Source of the DNA: Lama glama
Lineage: Eukaryota
Assembly: GCA_028534125.1 (NCBI GenBank)
Contig: CM052817.1
Span: 69,690,001 to 69,754,000, forward strand
Reading direction: 5' to 3'
Length of the DNA stretch: 64,000 bases
The notes under the pieces were generated by a model that was not told where the DNA came from, ran no database searches, and was given only the letters and a program-made list of their open reading frames with translations. Position numbers and translations under genes: made by a program. The number at the start of each line of letters is the position of its first letter. Positions within the stretch are counted from its first letter, which is position 1. This document shows, piece by piece, positions 38,161 to 52,199 of the stretch.

Positions 38161-38495
38161 CTAAAAGTGAACAGTCCAGATTCCATATATAAAGTTAGGA
38201 GGACAACTAGTTAGTAATAATTTTAGTCCAGGCTTAATTACACTCATTACTGAGAGCACTCTCTTAGTAACATTCTTATCTAATATTGCTCTGTGAGATT
38301 TACTACCTCTTAGCAAGAAAAACATCTGTAGTTTAAATATAATAAACATTTATGTTTTTAATAACTCACGTCTATGCCCAGAGGTATCCTAGAAATCATG
38401 GAGCTGCAAAGGCTTAGCCACTTTTAATATTAGACATGGTTGGGTAGATACTCGCTTTGTCTTCTCATTACTACTATTATAAAGTGGCATGCCAA

Positions 38496-38595
38496 TTTTT
38501 TTTCACTGAAGTACAGTTAATTACAATGCGTCAGTCTCTGGTGTACAGCACAATGTCCCAGTCATGCATGTACATACATATATTCACTTTCATAT
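38496..38595 (-). mobile_element. Short L1 3' tail
   Basis: TTTTTTCACTGAAGTACAGTTAATTACAAT...TCTGGTGTACAGCACAAT; similar to the 56630 element. Confidence 0.65.
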
Positions 38596-39029
38596 CCAAT
38601 TTTAAAACAAAATTATATGTCCAAATGATTTCTGGTGAGGGAAGAAAAACAAAGGACAAAACTAAGTGAAATAATATTAGAAACTTACCTCTATATCCTA
38701 GGATCAACAGCTCTCATAGGTTACCATGATAAAAGTATCTGGCAATCCAATTTATAATATAATTAACCTTGAAAGAATATCCTTATTTCAATTCACCTTC
38801 CTCTACCTATGATGTTTAGTCACTAAGCAATGAGGAATAAAGGAAAAGGAAAGGGTACATTTAGGCGCTAATACTTGACGTGGCTATGAAGCAAGAGATA
38901 AAATACTGGTCTAATGTACTGATACTCTTGACATGTTAAAACAGAAGCTAACTGAAAATTAAATAGAAAAAAGGGTGAGGATCAGTATAGTGTTAGATCT
39001 CTTCTACATTAAAAATGTACATTAACAGG

Positions 39030-39563
39030 AGTAGAGCAGGTAATATTTTCCAAAAATGGCCTGGAAGCTCATTTACACTGAGATATTGCCACTGTCACAT
39101 CCAGAAGCAGAGTTTAATTCCCTGCCCTTGAATCTGGGCTAGAATATGACTCCCCTGTAGCCAAAACAATACAGTGAAAACGGCAATGCATGCTTTCCAA
39201 GGCTGGGTTGTGAAAGGCTCTGCAGCTTCTCTTTGGATATTTAATTCAGGAGAAGCCAGCTGTTAAATACCCTGAGCCCACCATGCCGGAGAAATCAGAA
39301 GTAGGTGTTCCAGCCTACAGCCTCAGCCAGCAAAGAGCCCAGCTGATAAGCAGTGTCAACTGAGGAAATTATCACAGACACCCTGCCAGTGGTGGCTTCA
39401 GTTGACTGTAGCCCAAGCTAGCACCACTGCAATCAAGCAAGACCCAAGGGGAAACTGCCCAGCCAAGCCCTCCCGAATTCCTTACCCACAAGCGGTGAAT
39501 AATTAAAATGGTTGTTTTACACCACTAGGTTTTGGGTAATCTGTTACACAACAATAACTGAAC
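39030..39563 (+). mobile_element. MLT1-family (MaLR) LTR
   Basis: CCCTTGAATCTGGGCT and TTGTTTTACACCACTAGGTTTTGGGTAATCTGTTACACAACAATAACTGAACA 3' end. Confidence 0.7.
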
Positions 39564-39944
39564 AAAGAGATGGAGGCTGGGGAAACTGCATTTTTCTATT
39601 CTTTGTTATTGTTGTTTCTAACTACCCATTGAACACTAGGTATTGGGGGGTAAAACCTGAAAATGCAAACTTTTTATACAACAAAGACAACCTAAATTAC
39701 AATTAAAGTATCTTTATACATACATGTGTACATATGTTTTCCATATATAGTTAATTTGAAAACAAAGACTAGACACTGCTGAAAACTGAATTACTGACAC
39801 AGAAAGTTTCACTGAGATGATTACAGTGAATATAGGCAAAAAGGAAAGAAAGCCAAAGCAGCTAGAGAAAATCAATAGATAACGCAAGACAGATAAGCCA
39901 AAACTAAGATAAGGAAAACTGGTATACCAAAGAGAAATCAAAGT

Positions 39945-40332
39945 ACTAGATAGAATAATGTCCCCTCAAAGTTCATATACACCTGGAACCTCAGAAAGTG
40001 ACCAAGGTCTCTGTGCATTGAATTAGTTAAATTAAAATGAGGTCACATAGGACTAGGTTAGGCACTAAATCTGGTGTCGTTATGACAAGGCCATGTAAAT
40101 GCGAAATCAGAGGCTGGAGTAATACGTCTAAAAGCCGAGGAACGCAAAGGATTGCCAGCAAGCCCGGACAGTAGGAGAGAGGCATGGAACAGATTTTTCT
40201 TCAGAGCCAACAGAGGGAACCAACCTTGATTTCAGTCTTTTAGCCTCCTGAACTGTAAGAGAACAAATTTCTGTTGTTTGAAGCCACCCAATTCATAGTA
40301 ATTTGTTACAGTGGCCCTGGGAAATTAATATA
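39945..40332 (+). mobile_element. MLT1B/C-like (MaLR) LTR
   Basis: GGAACCTCAGAAAGTGACC...GAGGCATGGAACAGATT...TTTCTGTTGTTTGAAGCCACCC...TTGTTACAG. Confidence 0.75.
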
Positions 40333-42003
40333 CCAACCAACATAAAAATACAAAATAAGAAAGTTTATTTGAAATAAAATCTGAGAAAAAAACAGCATTC
40401 CAAGAAAATGGCATACAAACTACTCTATACCTGGAGAGATCTGGTAAAGCTACTGAGTTGCAAGAAAAAGAAAGAAATCATGACTCTCATTTCCAACAAC
40501 ATCATCATACACACAAAAAAAGATTGTTATAGATTAGACAACATAATTAACAATCTGGATTGAGTGAACATATATAGAATATTGTACACATCAGGGAAAT
40601 ACATTTTTTTCAAATACACATATATACGAACTCTGTATTTTCTGCTCAATTCTGCTGTGAACCTGAAACTGCTCTGAAAGAATGAAGTCTGTTAAAAAAA
40701 ATTCACATTTATGAATCTGATTAGATCCCAGACCATAAAGTACCAAAAAATTTGATAAACAGTATTTATAAGCTTCATTAGTGGTAAAATAAAAGGAATA
40801 TAGCATGTTCAAGAAAAAGAGTACCCACTATTCTAAAGATCAGTTCTCCCCAAAACTGATCTTTAGATATAACCCCAAACCAAATCCCAACAGGATTTTT
40901 GGAGGAATTGCTTAAATGGATAACAAAATTTATACAATAGTATAAAGAGCCAAAAAAAACCCCAAAAATGTACACACTTCTAATGAAGAATAAGGTAAAA
41001 GGACTTACTCCACAGGATTTCAAGACTTTATAAGTGTATAGTAATTAAGACAATGCAGCAATAAGAGAGGAAAAGACAAGTATACCAGTGGAATAGATTA
41101 GAGCACCTAGAACACACACACGTAAGTGGAAACCTGACCTGTGACAGCTGGCACAGAGACCAGAGAAAAAGGACACCCTCATCAACAGTCTCTCATTATC
41201 CATACAGGAAAAAAAGAAAATGGATCTCACCCTCACACTATACATAAAAATCAGCTGCAGATGAATAAAGGGCCTACATGAGAAAAGAAAAACTTCTAAA
41301 GGAAAAGAAAAGAAAAGCAATAATTCTTCAGGTATGCAGCTGAATAAAGGAAAGCTCCTAAGGAGAAGAAAAAAAATTGATTAGTCTCACAAGTCTTCAC
41401 AACATTTCACAGCAGAAGAAAATGGAGTAATGTTAAGAATTCCAAGACAAAGAAAGTATGAACCAAATATATATTTTACCCAGCCACGTTGTTGTAAAAG
41501 GTAGGAAGACATTCTCAAACATAAAAACTCAGAGAATTCAGAACCAACAGAAAGCCATCTTATAAAAATCACTTAATAAAAAATACAGACCATTAAAACT
41601 TGACCCTAAGAAAGAGCTCATGTGTGGACATGCCATAATAAAAGAACTGACAATGAGGTGGTAAGGCTGAATCAGTTTACTTACAGAACTCAAATACAAA
41701 CAATTATGGAAATGTACGACTTGAGAACAGAATGTGTGCCAAGCCTAGACAATGTAAACATAACAATTTAACATCAATCTAGACTGAAGAATGAGGAGAT
41801 GGGAAGAATGTTAAAGTGATGTCTTCTTTCATACAGAAACACACAGACCTATCTACAGTTGAAACATTTAATTTATAAAAAGAGAAAATGGGAATGCTGT
41901 TTTTTGGCAATCAGCAAAAATGTTAAGAATTGGTAATATCCATGTTGACAAAGATACTGGAAGTGGATCCTCTCCCACAATAGGAAAATAAATAGGTATA
42001 AAC

Positions 42004-42530
42004 TGTAGTGGGCTGTATGGGTGTTAGCATAATTGACACCATCTTGGGCCCTTACAGTTTCTCCAGTCCTTCCACTGACCCTACCCAGGACTACACTGTG
42101 TGGTAAATCACTTCTGTGTCACCAAGGGCTTTGATGTTAACAGACACCATTTAATGATTGTTAGGTCCAGGTGTCCTCTATGCTCTGTGAGTCCCCAAAC
42201 AACAATGAAGACCTTTGCTGATGTATTCTTAGCACCCATAAGACTAGTTATCCATTCATAAATCTTGACTTAGGAATGCACTTGACGTAGAAATATTTCC
42301 AGGCACATACCCCATCCCTTAGGTTAACTACAAAATTGTCCCAGTGGACCCCTGGCAGTGCAGAGAGCAGCAACAAATGTTTCCAAATCATTGTCCAACC
42401 GCTTCCACCTTGTAAGTTACTCTACAATAAAATGAACCATTGATTATATGGAGCTGCCTGCCTCATTTTTTTGGTCTCAAGATATCTTCTCAGTTTGGTG
42501 GGCATTTTTCATTCCCTCTATCCTCCGACA
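42004..42530 (+). mobile_element. Probable solo LTR inside degraded L1 sequence
   Basis: TG start, CA end, internal AATAAA (~42427); composition differs from the A-rich L1 flanks. Confidence 0.45.
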
Positions 42531-43052
42531 TGCGTAATGTGGCAAGATGCATCAAAATTTTAAATAAAATTCCTAGAAGTGAAAAGATCCATCATTTTTA
42601 AAACTACAAGCCTGGATCAATTAACCTTCTCAAAGAGAGACTCTGGGAGAATCAACACAAGAATCAATCAGAGGACAAAGCAAAAGAAGAATGATAGAAA
42701 CTTATTCTGTGAAATTCTTCATCCTCATTCTTTCCCTTCATATGGTCTACATTATTAGTTGTTGAAGGCAGAATCCATGTCTTACTTGCATGTCTAAGTT
42801 TATAGAATGCAATGTAGTTAACAACTAGAAAGTAGTTTTTAGATACATTCTAATTTTTCTCCTTTAAGGCAATTTTGTAATAAACAAAAGGGATTATGTT
42901 ATTATGTTATTATTAAGCAACTTTGTCAATTACATGTTATGATGCTCTAGATAAAAGAATAGTGCTCATAGTTTATATATGCTTACTCTTAGTTCAGGGC
43001 TGTCTATAAACACTGCTTTTGAAATAAACTGGTTTAGCTCTCTGGACCATAC

Positions 43053-43167
43053 CTGTTAGCCAAACTGTGCAACCGCGAAAGCCACCTCGGGTCCCCACCA
43101 CCTGACCTCTCTTGTTCCTGCTGACATGGTGAGCCTGATAGGTGACATTAGTTGCTCTCTGCATCCC
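43053..43167 (-). CDS. PAPSS1: PAPSS1 exon 2 ([39 protein letters not shown])
   Basis: Translated by hand; not in the ORF track. Polypyrimidine tract plus CAG acceptor, GTATGG donor. 115 nt, frame joins exons 1 and 3. Confidence 0.97.
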
Positions 43168-43859
43168 CTGGGAAAAAAAAGAAAGAATTCTAGTTTATCT
43201 GAGTCCCTTAAAAGGTAAACACATATTCTTTGCAAACTTATGGTAACTATCCCATGCAACATGCTAAAAGCAAGGAGAAAGATTAAAATAGCTTTTTCAT
43301 CCTTTAGATTACCTGGTACGGTGTTCAGTTCTTTACATGCACCAATTAATTTAGTCTGCATAGCTCTCCAGGGTTGCACAAATTCTTACTACTGTGATTG
43401 CCAGATGAAGGTTAAACCTGAGAAGTTAAATAACTTGCCCCAGTTCCGATTAACTAGTGAGTGGTGGACTCCGGAACCCAGTCTTCTCTCTCATTCATTC
43501 ATTCAATCATTCATTCAACCAGTGGTTCCTGAGGCCCTACTAGTACACCAAGTGAGTAAAACAAGGCTCCTACCCTCAGTCTTCCCTTCCAGAGCTTCCA
43601 TTCCACTGGGGGAGACAAATCAATAAAACTTAATTATTAAATCAGAGAGTGACAAGTGCACTCTGAAAATAAAGCACGGTATGACTGGAAAGAGAGAGAA
43701 GGGTAAGTGCCTCTTTAGACAGCATGATCAGAAAAAAACTCTGAGAAAGTGGCATCCGAGCAGGTTCCTGAATGAAGTGTGGAAGGGATGTCTGCAGGTA
43801 TCATGAAATGCATGGTGAGAAAAGTGGAATGTAATTGTTGTTCCCCCAAATGTTCTCCT

Positions 43860-44680
43860 TCTTAAACAAAAAGAGCACAAAATTACATAGGCCTCAAAGG
43901 ATCTGAATAAATATTTCTCCAAAGAAAAAACAGAAATGGAGAATGAGCACATTAAAAGACACTGGATGTCATTAGCCATCAGAGAAATGCAAACCAAAAC
44001 CATGAGATACCTCTGCACACCCACTAGAATGGCTATAACCAAATAGACGGACAATAACAAGCACTACTGAGGATACAAAGAAACTGAAATCCCCATACAT
44101 TTGCTAACATGAACGTAAAATAGTACAGCCACTTTGGAAAACGTTAAACATCGAGCATTCATATGATCAAACGATTCCTACTCTTAGACATATACTCATA
44201 AGAAATGAAAATATGTCCACACAAAACCGTATGTTCTAGCAGCATGACTCATAAAAGCCAAAAGGTGGAAACAACCCAACTGCCCATCAACTGATAATCA
44301 GATAAACAAAATACTTTTTAAACAGTATGGTATACCCATAAAGTGGAATATTATTTGGTAATAAAAAGGAATGAAGCACTCATACATTCTACAACACAGA
44401 TGAACCTCAAAAACATTATGCTAAGGTAAAGAAGCCAGTCACAAAGGCCACATACTGTGTAATTCCATTTACATGAACTGTCCAGAACAGGAAAATCTAT
44501 GGGGAGTGACTACTAATGGGTTATGAAATTCTTTTTGGGGGGTGATTAAAATGCTCTAAAATTAATAGTAGTGATGGTTGCACAATTCTGTAAATATGCT
44601 AAAAACGACCAAATTGTACATTTTAAGTGGGTGAATTGAATGGTATGCAAATCATCTCAATAAAGCTTCTTTCTAAAATA
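43860..44680 (+). mobile_element. L1MB-like 3' fragment
   Basis: L1 ORF2 end and 3'UTR motifs (GAAATGCAAACCAAAACCATGAGATACC, ATGAACCTCAAAAACATTATGCTAAG, TCTCAATAAAGC). Confidence 0.8.
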
Positions 44681-44972
44681 ATGAACTATATAGCCTCTAT
44701 TTTCCCTATGAAGCACAAACATAATTTAGGTTCTTTCCAACAATGTATACCTTTATAAAATAGGTACGTGTCAGCATTCTTTTAATAGTGTTTGTATTCG
44801 ATACTGCTTACAGCTCTTATTTTTCAAGACAGTTTTATTCATCATTCATTCAAAAATATTTACTGAATGCACACTACATGCTTGACATTCTCCTGGGTGC
44901 TGATGAAACAGAAGTGCACAATACCAATAAAATCACTGTCCTCATGGGGCTTCTCTAGTCCTCCCTCCCAGG

Positions 44973-45157
44973 GCAGCAGTTCTCAAAGCGTGGCCCCTAA
45001 CCAGCAGCTTTGGCATCTCCTGGGAACTGTTAGAAATGCCAGTGATCACGCCCTGCCCCGGGCCAACTAAGGCAGAAACTCTAGGGTGGAGCCCAAGAAT
45101 CTGTGTTTTAAAGCCCTCCCAATGATTCAGATGCCAGTTCAAGTCTGAGAAGCACTG
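44973..45157. mobile_element. MER5A-like hAT MITE
   Basis: CAGCAGTTCTCAAAGCGTGG...TGTTAGAAATGC...CTGAGAAGCACTG. Confidence 0.7.
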
Positions 45158-48100
45158 GAGTACTTGGAGAAACAGGAGAGGGAAAAGAAAACACCAAGAT
45201 AAAAAAGGAAATTATGTAAGTTGGAAATAAGTACCAAAGAGGTGGAAAAAGTAAATAAAGCAAAAAATGTGAATATCCGAGGAGGGGTGATGTTTAGACA
45301 GGGGGGCCAGGGAAGGCGTCACCAAAAAGAGGACATTTAAGATCTCTGAGGGAAGCCCCTTCCAGACAGGAAACAGCAAGTGCAAAGAAAAGTGATAAAA
45401 GAACTGGGGAAATCCAGAATGACTGCTGGGCAGTCCGAACAAGCCATTTGGAGGCAACCATCACACATTTAAAGCAAGAACAGTGGCCAGTGGTATGACC
45501 AGCGGTATTTTCCACAGCCACGTGAGTGGCTCCGGCTGAGGCATGGAACAGTCAGAGACAGATTCAACCAGGGCTGTGGTTTGGCCCAGAGGTCTTCAAA
45601 ACAGGAACAAACATCCTCATAGGAATGCAAATATGGACTTTGTAAAGGGACGTATTTCCATCCAGGTCTTCAACTTCCAGATGTACCCTTTTCTAAAACC
45701 GGTCCACTCAAGAAGGTACCTGAGGTTCAGCGCCTCTTTTCCCACCTCCCCCTGCACAAGACTCTGAGAGTACAGGAGAAAGCGTCTCTGCCCACCTGCA
45801 TCTGACCATCACTCACTGTCCTGCACGGGGTGCAGACAGGGATCCACAGGAGCCGAAGGGACCATCTGACCATTTTGGACAGGCGCACCAAAAAAGCTGC
45901 ATGCCTGTCCCACTAACCAAGTCATTAACAGATGTATTTCCAATAAAATCATGCTTTCATATGTTCAGTAACCACGAAAAGTTCTAATATGGGTCTCCCA
46001 ACTTATTTCTTCTCAATTTCTTCCCATTTTCAGCTCAAACCAGGCCAGCTGGGAGGAGAGGGGAGCTGAGGGGGCTGGAAGGGGAATACACAAGTGAGCT
46101 GCTGACACCTGTAGAACCTGTCTGACTTGGTCATTTGGTTTTGGGATTTTTTTCCTAGTTACTTTGCTTTGGGGCAAGAAGAAACACGTATCTAATGAAT
46201 TTTAATTCATTTTGGCACCATAAACTATCCTCTGCTTTTCTTTTTTAATTGAGGAGAATGTACAAAAAACTATCTGAAGCTATAAACTGCTGAGGATATG
46301 ATCTAGGATAAGCAGACTGCTTTAATCACTAGAAAAGTGTGTTCCCTCAGGGTCTTGCCTCCTACATTTAAAAAAAATCTGGCAGCAAATATGGAAGTCT
46401 GGGTATAAAAAGGCTTATTGTTTATGTATGATTGATATTTTTCACATTGAAGAACAAACTTAAAAAAAAATTTTGCCACAATCTCCAACCTCCCAGATTT
46501 TCAGAGTAAATCAAAGAGCACATTTTAAAACTATTGTAAATTGCAAGGTGGTGGGTGTTATGCCTGAATTTACTAAAAATCTAAAGGCGACTTCTACATG
46601 CAATTTTCTGGTTCCCCTTGCCCCTTTATCTTCAGTTTCCACCCACTCTAGCCGAATCTTTCCTGTAATTCTGCTGGAAAAACATGACAGCAGTGACTAA
46701 GGGCCAACAGTGAGTTTTTCCATCCAACTCCACATTCCTATTCTCAGAGTCTACAATGGCTTAGTTTCTTTCCATCCACAGAAACAGTGAAATCAGGCTT
46801 ATTCTTTCCTAACAGTCTGGGTGGTTTGTAGAAATACATGGCTTGATGTACATATACCAGGTAGTCCTTGCAATATTTACCGCTCTTATGATTCATCTGT
46901 CACTTATGGACCGTTTTATACTTTTAGGTGTGTTTTTGCATGTACACATTTTGACTTCATTGGGAGGGTAGGTCAAGCACTATGAGTTATTGTTCTTTGC
47001 ATTCTTCACAACACTCGATCTCTTTTCTTGTGCCTGGTCAGTGCTTAGTAAAAATTACATATAAGGCATTTATTATAAAGTGTGATTTCTTTTCTCTGTA
47101 TAATTTGCAAATGAAATAATGACTGACATTCAGAAATCTTAAATCTAGCAGAACTGGGACAATTTATTTCAAGGGAATTCACTCACTTCCTATGACTGGG
47201 GCTAAATGACTATCAGTCCTGTTACCAGGTACCATCAGGTGGCCTCTCATATTTGTGGTGTACATTTCCTACACACTCTACAAACTGCTGTTCTCAACAC
47301 CCACACAAGCGGCCCTATGTCCCTTTTGAGATCCACCTTAATTTCCACATGGCTGTTTTGTTCTTTTATCCACTTCCCTTTAGAACAAATTAACTTCTCC
47401 TACGATGCTATTTAAAGAATTCCACAGTTTGTGGGTTTATTACGATTTTATGAAGAACTCTGCGTTTTTAAGTGAAATTTGCAAAGGCACAGAGCATATA
47501 CCAAATATCAAGCATGATTCTGGACTTCCCATCTATCACCACCCATCTTAAACTGCTTGTCAAACAGTGTATTTCTCCGAAGAGAATACCCGAAATAGTA
47601 ACAGGCACGTTTCTTTTATGTCACAAGACATACTGTGGATAAACTGGAGAGACGGTGGAGTACAATGAGAAGAAAGCTTTAGTTCACAGAGTTACTGGTA
47701 ACTGAAATTAATCTTTTGAACATTAACAAGCCAAAGACAAACAGCCATAGGGAAGCTCATACATTCCTGGAGATTAAGAAAACAACTTGAAAAGGCTACA
47801 GTGTAAAACCTTGCTGCTACAAAGCATGGTGCACAGCGACACTGGCCATGACCTGATTACCTGTCAGGAAGGGACTCAGGCCTACCCCAGACGTCTGGAA
47901 TCAGAACTAAGGTACTGACTGGCATGCATTCTGCATATACATTATGGCTCTCCAACTATTCTGTTTTAAAGGTTAAAGAACATTTAAATCCTTAAATTTG
48001 ATGCACCCTTTAAACTGTCAACCCTTTCATGGAAGGGCCCCTGGGTGACCTCCAGTTGGGAAGCCCAGCCAACAGATTCCTTGAAGTCAGAAATGAGTCT

Positions 48101-48339
48101 GAGATTACCTGTTCACTCATTATTTGTTGACTAATCCCTCCTAGACACGGGGGATAAAACGGATCAAAAACATTTCAGGGAAGGAGACAAACAACAGATA
48201 AATCTTCACACTGGGACAAGCCCATGCCTCCCACCATGGTGACAGCCAGGCATTCGCTACATGTACGAAGGCAGTTCAGAGGCAGGCAGCCAAAAATACA
48301 CTAATGTCCACCTCAGAAGTGGAAATTAACTATTAAAAC

Positions 48340-49030
48340 CATATGAGAGTACACACAACACTTGAACATGAATGTTGATAGCAGTATTATTCATAGCAGC
48401 CGAAGGGTAGAAACAACTCAAATGTCCATCAACTGATGGAGAACCAAAATGTGTTATATACATAAAACAGAATATTATTCAACCATATAAAGGAATGAAG
48501 CATTGATACATGCTACAACAGTGGATGAACCTTGAAAAATTATGCTAAATTAAAGAAGCCAGACACTAAAGGCCATATACTGTATGATTCCATTTATAGG
48601 AAAGTCTAGAATTGGGAAATGCAGAGACAAAAAGTAGATTATTTGTTGTCAGGGGCTAGACACATGGAAAGGGGGAGAACAGGGAATGACTGCTGATGGG
48701 TACAGGGTTTCTTTCAGGAGTGATAAAAGTGTTCTAAAATTAGATATTGGTGATTGTTGTAAATTGCGAATATACTAGGGGGAAGGAATTAGGAGTTTGG
48801 GATTAACAGATACTACTATATAAAAATAAACAACAAGGATCTACTGTATTGCACAGAACTATATTCAAAATCATATAATAACTTATAATGGAAAAGAATC
48901 TGAAATATATATATATAACTCAATCACTTTGCTATATAGCTAAAACTAACACTGTGAATCAACTATACTTCAATTTTTAAAAATTCTTAAAAACTGAATA
49001 TACTAAAAAAAATAATAAACTGAATATTTA
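48340..49030 (+). mobile_element. L1MB-like 3' fragment interrupted by a younger L1 3' tail (48778-48995)
   Basis: GGATGAACCTTGAAAAATTATGCTAAATTAAAGAAGCCAGAC motif. The nested tail GGAGTTTGGGATTAACAGATAC...AATCAACTATACTTCAAT is bounded by repeated GAATATACTA. Confidence 0.75.
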
Positions 49031-49788
49031 AGCATGAGAGAGAAAGAGGAAAGGGATGCAAGCATCAAAGAAACTAGAGAGAAGAACAATGCTGCATTCA
49101 TCCACAATTAGAAGCTGCACTTCTATACATAATGTCGAATGGTTCCACTACTTTTACTCAGTTAAAAACTTACTTAGTAAAGAACCATGTCCTTAGGAAA
49201 GGATATTTCACAGAAATAATTACTGCTTAGCTGAACACCAAAAAGAAAACTTACTCTCTTCATTTAAACTAATTACTTAGTAATAATATGCTTTCAAAAC
49301 AATTCAGGGTTGGAGTTTTACTGTTTTGTTGTTGGTATGCTATGGGTACTTGATCGATCTAAGAGCAAAAAATGGGTAACTTCCAGGCTAGTAGATACAA
49401 ATATAACAACCAAAAAAATCTCTCCAGATATTGCCAAATACCATGCCTCCTTGCTGGGGGTGGCGGTGGCAAATTTTTACCTGGTTGAGAACCACTGGAG
49501 GAGAAAAACTACTCCTCAAAAGTCAAAATAACAGAGACACATGGGGGAATCTTATTTCACATTTCAACTTTAGAGAAGCAGCTCTGCTCAGGGGAGCCTA
49601 ACACTGATTGCTGGGTACCCTGCCAGAGTCAGGGCTGCACAACCACCCCAAACCATGATTCCAAAGTAGCCTCTATCTCTCGACATTTTCTTGCCCAAGG
49701 AAGAAAGTAAAAACGAATACATGAATACCTAAGTACACAGATAAGTAGAAACAAATGTCAGCAGCCATCCCAAAGTTACCATCTAGAC

Positions 49789-50121
49789 CTGCCCTGTCCA
49801 ACAGAACTTTCTGAGATGGGGGGAGGATATAGCTCAGTGGTAGCGCGCATGCACGAGGTCATGGGTTCGATCCCCAGCACATCAGTTAAATAACAAATAA
49901 CAATAAATAAATAAACCTAATTACTACCCCCCCAAAAAATAAAAATTTTTAAAAAAGAACTTTCTGAGATGATGAAAATGTTCTATATTGCACTGTCCAA
50001 TACAGTGGCCATGTAACACTTGAAACGTGGCCAGTGCAACAAAGGAACAGAATTTTTCATCTTACTAAGCTAACTTTAAGTTACCACAGGTGGCTAGGGA
50101 CATCCACATTGGACACTGCAG
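49789..50121. mobile_element. MER3-like hAT-Charlie MITE (interrupted by a SINE)
   Basis: Terminal inverted repeats CTGCCCTGTCCAA / TTGGACACTGCAG. 8-bp TSD ATCTAGAC at 49781-49788 and 50122-50129. Confidence 0.8.
49819..49955 (+). mobile_element. Vic-1-type SINE nested in MER3
   Basis: A/B boxes. 16-bp TSD AGAACTTTCTGAGATG at 49803-49818 and 49956-49971. Confidence 0.85.
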
Positions 50122-51851
50122 ATCTAGACGCTGCTGTCATCCTTCTCGTTATCATTGTCAATGTTAAAGAGTACATTCTTGGTAGAATTCCAGCTTTCCC
50201 TCTCCTTTGGGCAATTTTTCCAGCAGCACCTCCCTAGCTTCTAAGGTAAGAAACTCAACCCCTGCCCCTGCCCACAGGCAGGTCAATGCCCTGAATGAAT
50301 GAAAATACAGCTTTTCATACACCATGTGTTCCATTTCTGCCTGCTTGTTTCACTTTTGTACCACCTCAGGCTTCCCCAAAATCCACCATGCGCTGCTGGC
50401 CTTCTATGAAAGGGGTCAAATGGTATGAGGGACAAACTGTTCGGAAAAGGTAGAACTGACAAATGGGAAATTATCTCATTCATTTATTTGCTTTTTAATT
50501 AACGCTCTCCCAGGTAGAATGTAACATCCATGAGCACAGGACCCTTTTCTGTCCTTTTACCACTGCATCCCCAGCACCTGAAACAAAGGTACAAAGTTGG
50601 TGTTAAGTATTTGATGAATTAGTAAATGAGAACACTTTAGAGTACTCATGTGCCGCACTATAGTGCTTTAAATATATTAACTTACTTAAACCTCACTAGA
50701 ACCCTATGAGGTATGCACTATTATCTTCACTACAAGGTATGTTTTATTACCCACATTATTGCATCTGAAGACCTTGAGGCACAGAGGAGTTAGGTAACAT
50801 GACTAAGGTCACACAGGAAGTGATAAAACTGTAATTTCAATCCTACCACATATGGAGCTTATTCTCCTTCTTAAGCTGTGCTAATAGTAAATTATTTAGG
50901 GCTTTTAATATCAGAAGTACCGAAGCTTACTCTGCACCCTGCCCTCTATCCCCATCCTGTTATATTAGGAGACGCTCAGGGCAGAGACAAAACATCTATA
51001 ATAAAATATGATTCCACAACATATAACAGCAGAGCGCAACATAACATGGAGGTGCACAAACAATTCAGCCCACGTGTGAGCATGTGGATGCAGGAGGGCC
51101 ACACTGCTATGGTAAAGGGGCCCGAGACTCTGAAGATCTCCGCAAGTCAGAACAGGCATCCTAGGCAGAAGGAAAGGCTTGTGTAACACCCTGAGCATGT
51201 AAGGTCTGGAAAGAAAGTTGGGTCTGGAGATACGGAGCTATGAAAATGTGGGGAGTGGAGGAGAGAGGGGAATGGAATGGCCAACCAGAGTGAGACTGTC
51301 TGCGCCTCTGAATAGCATGCTAGATTTCAGCAGGATCAACTCCACTGTAAAGTGGGTCCAAGCCAGGGATTCGGCCCAACATGATTCTATTAAATGGATG
51401 AGTGACACCTGGGTCTGAACTGAGCGCCCCACATTCCCCTGAGTCCAATTAACACACTCCCAAGGCAGACGGAAACTGGACCCCTGGAGAAAGGTTCAGT
51501 CAGATGGAGAATGACGTTCATTACATCCGATGCTTTGTCAGACTGAGATAAGAGGAGGCTAAAGGGCGATGTTCATTCTTGATTTTCCTTACTATTCTTG
51601 TAGATATATGGAGACACCCTACTGCGGAAATGAACAGCGTTCCCCAGCGCTATGCCACTACCTTTTCCTATCTCCCTGTCTGTATCTCCCATGAAGCCAC
51701 TTCTTTGATCTGCTCCTTAACAGGAGACATAACTTAGTACTTGGTCTAAGTCTGCTTAGTACTTGGTCTCTCGTTTTTCTCTCTTTATAATCTCTAACTG
51801 AAATTTAACCATCAAATCTTTATTTCCAACTTTAACCTAACTCAGTCCCTA

Positions 51852-52140
51852 TAGCTGTGCTGTCCACATGTTCCCACTGAATTTTTAAAATTTGGTGAGT
51901 CTGAATTGAGATGTGTGCTAAGTGTAAAATATACACTTAGGTAAAATCTTAACAATTTTATATTATGATAGTACTGAACTCTTTTTTATATTGAGATGAC
52001 AGTACTTTCAATATACTGGGTTAAATAAATTATTTAAATTCATTTCAATCTGTTTCTTTTTACTTTTTTTAATGTGACCTCTAGAAAAATTTAAATTACA
52101 TTATGTGGCTCACATTATATTTCTATTAGATAGTCTTGCT
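51852..52140. mobile_element. MER33-like hAT element
   Basis: TTGAGATGTG..CTAAGTGTAAAATATACAC and TGTGGCTCACATTATATTTCTATT motifs. Confidence 0.6.
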
Positions 52141-52199
52141 CTACAGACTATCTCTACTAAAGCCATCCCTCACATGCAGCATGCTTAAAACTGGATCCA

